Below, piece after piece: positions 38,710 through 43,622 of a stretch of 43,622 nt of DNA. Position numbers and translations under genes: made by a program. Below the pieces are notes generated by a model. It had not been told where the DNA came from. It searched no databases and saw only the letters and a program-made list of their open reading frames with translations. This stretch comes from a virus (taxonomy: Duplodnaviria; Caudoviricetes), in the IMG/VR virus record IMGVR_UViG_3300032129_000019, positions 1 through 43,622 of that record. One strand, given 5' to 3'. Each line of letters opens with the position of its first letter. Within the stretch, counting starts at the first letter, position 1.

Positions 38710-38949
38710 ATAATACAAATAATATTTTAACTGAAAGTTATATACTTTAACGGAAAGAGGTATTATACTAATGATATACCACAAGTTACAAAAAAAGAAA
38801 AATAGCAGATGTAGTTATCTGCTAATGGAAGATATTTCAGTATTAGGTTGTGTATTTATAAAATTATCTTATTTATAGTATACACTACTTTCTAAAAATA
38901 ATACATGGCAATGTCTTCTAAATAAAAATATTTAGGAGGAATTAATAAA

Positions 38950-39483
38950 ATGGAATTTAAAAAAGTTACAGAGGACATGGTTTACGATTTAGAAATGCAA
39001 AAAGTAATAGGCGAATTACCAACATCTATTCAAGAATATATTGAAAATGAAGTTAGAGATTTTAAATTTCAGTTATTATGTAATGTAGCTGAATGTGAAA
39101 GCCCAATAGAAATGATGATGTCTATGGCTTTAGATAAATGTTGGTTACGTGGGAATGAATTTAATATTGAAATTATGGAAATTTTGAAACAAGAAAATAT
39201 AAAATGTGGTGACAATATATATAGAGCAGATTTTGTAATAGTTGCTCATAACACAAATACTCATGATTTAGTTGATTTTGTAGTTGAATGTGATGGACAC
39301 GACTTTCATCAAAAAACTAAAAAACAGGTAGAACGTGATAATATGAGAAATAGAAATATGGCTTTAAATGGTTATCCAATTATAAGGTTTTCGGGTAGTG
39401 AAATTTATGATCATAGTTATCTGTGTGCTAGAGAAACTTTTAAATATATAGATATGTATATGTCTAAAAGAGGTGTTGTATAA
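38950..39483 (+). CDS. DUF559-like endonuclease domain protein
   Basis: ESPIE; YRADF; VECDGHDFH; IIRFSGSEI. Confidence 0.75.
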   Translation: MEFKKVTEDMVYDLEMQKVIGELPTSIQEYIENEVRDFKFQLLCNVAECESPIEMMMSMALDKCWLRGNEFNIEIMEILKQENIKCGDNIYRADFVIVAHNTNTHDLVDFVVECDGHDFHQKTKKQVERDNMRNRNMALNGYPIIRFSGSEIYDHSYLCARETFKYIDMYMSKRGVV

Positions 39484-40233
39484 ATGAAACATTCGATTTT
39501 AGGATTTCAACAATCAAAATTACTTGAAAATGGTTTTAAAACAGATGATGCTTTGATTTTAAGATTAATTAAAGATATGTTTTCATCAGCTAGTATGGAG
39601 TTTAAAGATTTTGATGGTACTAGATGTATGTGGGTTAATTACACATATTTTTTAAGTCAAATACCAATTATAGGAAGTAAAAGTAATTTGATGTCTAAAA
39701 TAAAAAGTTATGAGGAAAAAGGTTTGATTATAAGAAAATTAGAAAATCGTAGAAATAATAAAAAAGGTACGTTTGCTTTTATATCTCCTACAGTTGAATT
39801 AGATAGATTACAAGATTATGACCCTATCCAAAATTTAGATACCCCCTTATCCAAAAATAATATAGGGGTTGTCCAAAATTTAGATAACAAAGATACTTCT
39901 TGTTTAGATAATTCTATAAAGAATATAACAACAAAGCAAAAAGGGTATGATTGCATAATTGATAAATTTACCAAAGAACAAGAAATAAAGGAAACAATAA
40001 TTGAGTTTATAAAAATGAGAAAAGCAATTAAAAAACCTCTTACAGACCATGCACTTGATATGATATTAAAAGATTTATCAGAATTGTCATGTATAAAGGC
40101 TGAAAAAATAGAAATTTTAGATAATAGTATAAAAGGTTGTTGGCAAGGAGTATTTGCACTTAGAGAAGAAAAAAAACAACAAACCACATCCTCTAGTAAA
40201 TATAAGCCATTCGGCAATCCAATGGGGGATTGA
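39484..40233 (+). CDS. Replication initiator (replisome organiser)
   Basis: Upstream of dnaB; internal iterons; FIKMRKAIKKPLT..SI...WQG.F. Confidence 0.8.
   Translation: MKHSILGFQQSKLLENGFKTDDALILRLIKDMFSSASMEFKDFDGTRCMWVNYTYFLSQIPIIGSKSNLMSKIKSYEEKGLIIRKLENRRNNKKGTFAFISPTVELDRLQDYDPIQNLDTPLSKNNIGVVQNLDNKDTSCLDNSIKNITTKQKGYDCIIDKFTKEQEIKETIIEFIKMRKAIKKPLTDHALDMILKDLSELSCIKAEKIEILDNSIKGCWQGVFALREEKKQQTTSSSKYKPFGNPMGD
39825..39887 (+). repeat. Iterons, probable origin of replication
   Basis: TATCCAAAATTTAGATA / TATCCAAAAATAATATA / TGTCCAAAATTTAGATA at 22-23 nt spacing. Confidence 0.75.
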
Positions 40234-41543
40234 AAATGAATAATATAAAAGCATTGCCTTATAATGGCGAATTAGAAGCAGAAATATTAGGATCGATAAT
40301 GATAGATAACAACAAAATCTTAGATGCTATGGAAATATTGAAAGCAGATGATTTTTATAAAACAAAGCATAGATACATTTTTAAAGCCATAGAGAGCCTT
40401 TACAGAAACAATAAAAATGTAGATATGATAACACTAAGTATGGAATTAAAGCCTGTCATAGAAAGCATAGGAGGTATTACGTACCTTTCTGCATTAACTT
40501 CTAGTGCAATGGGTTCAAATATCAAAAATCACTGTGAAATATTAAAGGAATTAAGCAATAAAAGGCAAGTTATAAAGCAATGTACTTTAGCAGTAGAAAA
40601 AGTCTACAACGATATGGAAAGTAAAGATATTATAAATGAATTTACTAATTCTATGTTATGTGTAGATACTCAAAGAAGTAAGATTTCTACCGCAAGTGAA
40701 GTAATGGCTAAAACATTAGATTTCATTGAAGAAAACTTTAAAAATGGCGGTAATATAATAGGTATGCCATGTGGCATAAGTTCAATCGATAACGCTACTG
40801 ATGGATTTATAAAAAAGGACGTTGTTGTAATAGCTGCAAGACCTTCAATGGGAAAAACTCTTTTTGCTACAACAATAGCTGATGGACTTTCTAAAAATAA
40901 TAAAGTGGCTATATTTGAATTAGAAATGAGCGACGAAGCATTAGGTGTAAGAATGTTAGCTAGTAGAAGCATGATGAATGGGGTTAAATTAAGGCGAGGA
41001 GCGTTCGAAGATAAAGATTGGTCTAATATTACTCTAGGTGCTTCAAATCTCTCTACACGCAAGCTATGGATAGACAGTAATCCCACACAAACAATCTATG
41101 ATATAAAGGCAAAAGCAAAAAGGTTAAAAATGCAGAATGGATTAGATTGTATAATAATAGATCACATTGGATTAATAGAAGAAGTAGGGAAAAATATAGG
41201 AAATAGAAATGCTACTATAAGCGAAATAACAAGACAGGCGAAGATTATGGCTAAAGAATTAGATATTTGCGTAATATTATTAAGTCAGTTAAATAGGGGT
41301 GTAGAAGCTAGACAAGATAAACATCCTATGTTATCAGATTTGCGTGAATCAGGTTCTGTAGAACAAGATGCTGATTTAATAATGTTTTTATATAGAGATT
41401 CGTATTATGATCCCGAAAGCGAAGATAGAAATATATTAGAAGTTATAGTCGGGAAACAACGTAATGGTCGCACAGGTACTATTAAATTATTTTGTGATTT
41501 GGGAATACAAGTTATAGCAGATTTAGATTATTCGGGGAGGTAG
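40230..41543 (+). CDS. dnaB: Replicative DNA helicase
   Basis: AARPSMGKT, LSQLNR, DLRESGSVEQDAD, KQRNG. Confidence 0.95.
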   Translation: MKMNNIKALPYNGELEAEILGSIMIDNNKILDAMEILKADDFYKTKHRYIFKAIESLYRNNKNVDMITLSMELKPVIESIGGITYLSALTSSAMGSNIKNHCEILKELSNKRQVIKQCTLAVEKVYNDMESKDIINEFTNSMLCVDTQRSKISTASEVMAKTLDFIEENFKNGGNIIGMPCGISSIDNATDGFIKKDVVVIAARPSMGKTLFATTIADGLSKNNKVAIFELEMSDEALGVRMLASRSMMNGVKLRRGAFEDKDWSNITLGASNLSTRKLWIDSNPTQTIYDIKAKAKRLKMQNGLDCIIIDHIGLIEEVGKNIGNRNATISEITRQAKIMAKELDICVILLSQLNRGVEARQDKHPMLSDLRESGSVEQDADLIMFLYRDSYYDPESEDRNILEVIVGKQRNGRTGTIKLFCDLGIQVIADLDYSGR

Positions 41544-41681
41544 AATATTAATATTAGAACTTGTTAATTTTCCAAAACTCATTAATGAATTAAAAAATAA
41601 ACAAAAGGATATAAAAATTAAAGATAATAAAAAGAAAAAAGTATGCAAATAGCTTATAACATTAAAAAAAAGGGGGATATT

Positions 41682-42089
41682 ATGAATTTTATATTAATAG
41701 AGGAATTTTTAAAACAAAACAAAGAGGTGCAAGAGGTTTTTATGGAATGGTGGAAACCTCAAATAGGGGATTTAGTTTATGACAGAATTAGTATTGTAGG
41801 TGTTGTTGTGCCAGTGTTATGTATGGGTCAATATAGGACTAACTTAGATAAAACAAAGGTGACTCCGTTATTACAAATAAACCAACTTATTAGGTTTATT
41901 GAGGACAAAACAGAATGCAAAATTGAAATAGACTATTACACAGAAGAGGTTTCAATATATTTGAATTCGCTTGATAATGATGGAATATCACATTATAAAT
42001 ATTCGCCTTTTGAAAATTTTGGATTAGATTTATTAAAAGCTTTATGGAAAATAGCTTGTATTATAGCATTAGAGCAACACAAACATTAA
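41682..42089 (+). CDS. Hypothetical phage protein
   Basis: RBS; WWKPQIGDL..PLL..QLIRFIEDK. Confidence 0.7.
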   Translation: MNFILIEEFLKQNKEVQEVFMEWWKPQIGDLVYDRISIVGVVVPVLCMGQYRTNLDKTKVTPLLQINQLIRFIEDKTECKIEIDYYTEEVSIYLNSLDNDGISHYKYSPFENFGLDLLKALWKIACIIALEQHKH

Positions 42090-42135
42090 ACAATACAATT
42101 ACAAAATATCAAGCATGGGAATATAAAAAAATAAT

Positions 42136-42315
42136 AAGGTTTTGATATGAGCCTTTAAACTATCGTTAATTTATCCATTGGGATAATTGGTAGTAAAAGT
42201 CTTAGAGAAGTTATTTAGTTCTTATATGTTGTAATTTATAGTTTTTATATAAATGAGAGTATAGGAGAAGATAATGTATTTAAGAACCCCATGCCTTTAG
42301 GCGTGGGAGTATCGG
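42136..42315 (+). ncRNA. Putative omega-RNA scaffold, copy 2 / IS605-type right end without a left end
   Basis: About 80% identical by eye to 185-365 with compensatory changes; GAAC-CCCATGCC-TTTA-GGCGTGGG-AGTA-TCGG. Confidence 0.7.
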
Positions 42316-42416
42316 ATTACCCTCATACTGAAAGTTTGTTAGGGGTTGTGTGGGGTGTTTAAAATAGGATGTATGTCGTGGTTTGATTACATGATGAAGT
42401 AAAAGGAGGTAAACGA

Positions 42417-42557
42417 ATGTCAAGTTACACAATTCCTATTTTATGTGCAAAAACTCAGGAGTGTAAAAACTCTAATAAATGTAAAGAATGTGTACGATAT
42501 AGTCATTACAATATTTTAAACAAAGAAAATAAAGATATATATAAAGCAAAGGAATAA
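42417..42557 (+). CDS. Small Cys-rich protein (46 aa)
   Basis: AAGGAGGT RBS; translated by hand. Confidence 0.5.
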   Translation: MSSYTIPILCAKTQECKNSNKCKECVRYSHYNILNKENKDIYKAKE

Positions 42558-42586
42558 TCCTATTATTAAAATTGAAGGGGGATATT

Positions 42587-42859
42587 ATGAAAGATATGTT
42601 AAAAGAATATACCGATAAGATAATTAGTGATTATATAGAAGAACAGGAAAAAATAATAAAAGAAACTGTAGATCAAGGGTTTGAATATTTATTGATTTCA
42701 AAAGAAACTTCTTTTATTGATAATATTGCAACAATACAGTTTAAATATAAAGGCATAGATGATATAAACAAAGGAACTATAGAAATGTTTAGGGACTATG
42801 GTATTGAAGTATTTGAATTAGATAAGGTTAGAAAGCATTTAGAACAACAAAACAATTGA
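42587..42859 (+). CDS. Hypothetical protein
   Basis: RBS plus ORF. Confidence 0.65.
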   Translation: MKDMLKEYTDKIISDYIEEQEKIIKETVDQGFEYLLISKETSFIDNIATIQFKYKGIDDINKGTIEMFRDYGIEVFELDKVRKHLEQQNN

Positions 42860-42911
42860 AAATAATATAGTAACACAAATGAGTTGAATGATTACTTATA
42901 TTATAACATTA

Positions 42912-42948
42912 AAAAAGCAACTATACCTACATAATATAGTTGCTTTTT
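42912..42948. terminator. Bidirectional terminator
   Basis: AAAAAGCAACTATA...TATAGTTGCTTTTT. Confidence 0.8.
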
Positions 42949-43185
42949 AATATAGGTGGTCGGTCTGTCCACATTTCCTAACACATTTCTGTGTGGTGAT
43001 AGCTACCTGTTCTATCCTCTATATTAGTATAGTTGTTTTCTACATAAATTATAACTCTCTACCATGATACTTATATTATAGCATATATTAAGGTACATTT
43101 ATCCTTAAATTTGGAAATTTATTTTTTAAATAGGGTTGATTATGATATCAATTATGTGTTATAATATAAGTAAGGAGGTGATGAC

Positions 43186-43350
43186 ATGGCAGAGTTTTTA
43201 TTAAGAGGTATGTCTGATGCAAGTAAATACGATTTAAAAATAATAGCCAAGAAGCATAAACGGTCTTTAAATAGTGAAATACTTATGGTATTAGAAAAAT
43301 ATTTAGAATCAACGTTGAAAGAAAATAAGGAGGTTGTAAATGAGGGATAA
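43186..43350 (+). CDS. Arc-like ribbon-helix-helix repressor (54 aa)
   Basis: FLLRGM..AKKHKRSLNSEI; promoter TTGATT-18-TATAAT containing palindrome TGATATCA. Confidence 0.75.
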   Translation: MAEFLLRGMSDASKYDLKIIAKKHKRSLNSEILMVLEKYLESTLKENKEVVNEG

Positions 43351-43622
43351 ACATTGTGCTTTTAGTAACAGTTCTTATATTTCTTATTATAGATATTTAA
43401 TGGAAGATAAAATTGGCAGAAAGTTAGGCATTGACGAAGTAGTACATCATATAAATCTTAATCATGCAGACAACAGGATTGAAAATCTACGAATAATGAG
43501 TAGGAGTGAACATGGAAAATTACATGGAGGATTTAAAGGTGGAAGTAAAGGCGTACATAGAATTTCAACAAGTTTTAGTGTAGACAATGAAATTGTTAAA
43601 AAATTCAATGAAGTATGCAAAA
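43340..43622 (+). CDS. HNH endonuclease-RHH fusion, intact allele (continues into 465-544 on the circle)
   Basis: AAGGAGG RBS; YRYLMEDKIGRKL..EVVHHINLNHADNRIENL..SEHGKLH. Confidence 0.8.
   Translation, partial: MRDKHCAFSNSSYISYYRYLMEDKIGRKLGIDEVVHHINLNHADNRIENLRIMSRSEHGKLHGGFKGGSKGVHRISTSFSVDNEIVKKFNEVCK

Noticed and set aside
3838-41086. Many minus-strand ORFs in the track (e.g. 3838-4428, 4998-5483, 40670-41086)
   Set aside because: Antisense shadows of well-supported plus-strand genes, lacking RBS or motifs
42505-42516. ATTACAATATTT, identical to the element's left junction
   Set aside because: No hairpin follows; short AT-rich match inside an ORF

Overview
The window looks like a complete, circularly permuted genome of about 43.4 kb from an AT-rich siphovirus of a Clostridium-like host. 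Bases 1-85 repeat at 43440-43524 and bases 366-464 repeat at 43524-43622. It carries a repressor/cro switch, recombination and nucleotide genes (Sak-like, SSB, ThyX, dUTPase), packaging, head and tail genes, a lysis module and an initiator-DnaB replication module. No integrase or ParA gene is visible. The main observation is that the two ends show the filled and empty alleles of one site in an HNH-RHH gene. The filled allele carries a 281-bp, protein-free IS200/IS605-type element (85-365), inserted after TTAC with no target duplication. It contains only a sigma70 promoter and a structured ~180-nt RNA resembling a TnpB omega-RNA. A second, diverged copy of this RNA (about 42136-42315) shows compensatory base changes but has lost its left end, and the phage encodes neither TnpA nor TnpB. 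Other points of interest are a degenerate 25-nt motif at accessory-gene boundaries, a moron with a possible built-in antiterminator, a MuF-ADP-ribosyltransferase with a candidate immunity gene, a poly-T-frameshifted EpsG/Wzy-like gene, and a possible antisense-controlled replication leader. All family calls come from motif recognition by eye; no searches were run.
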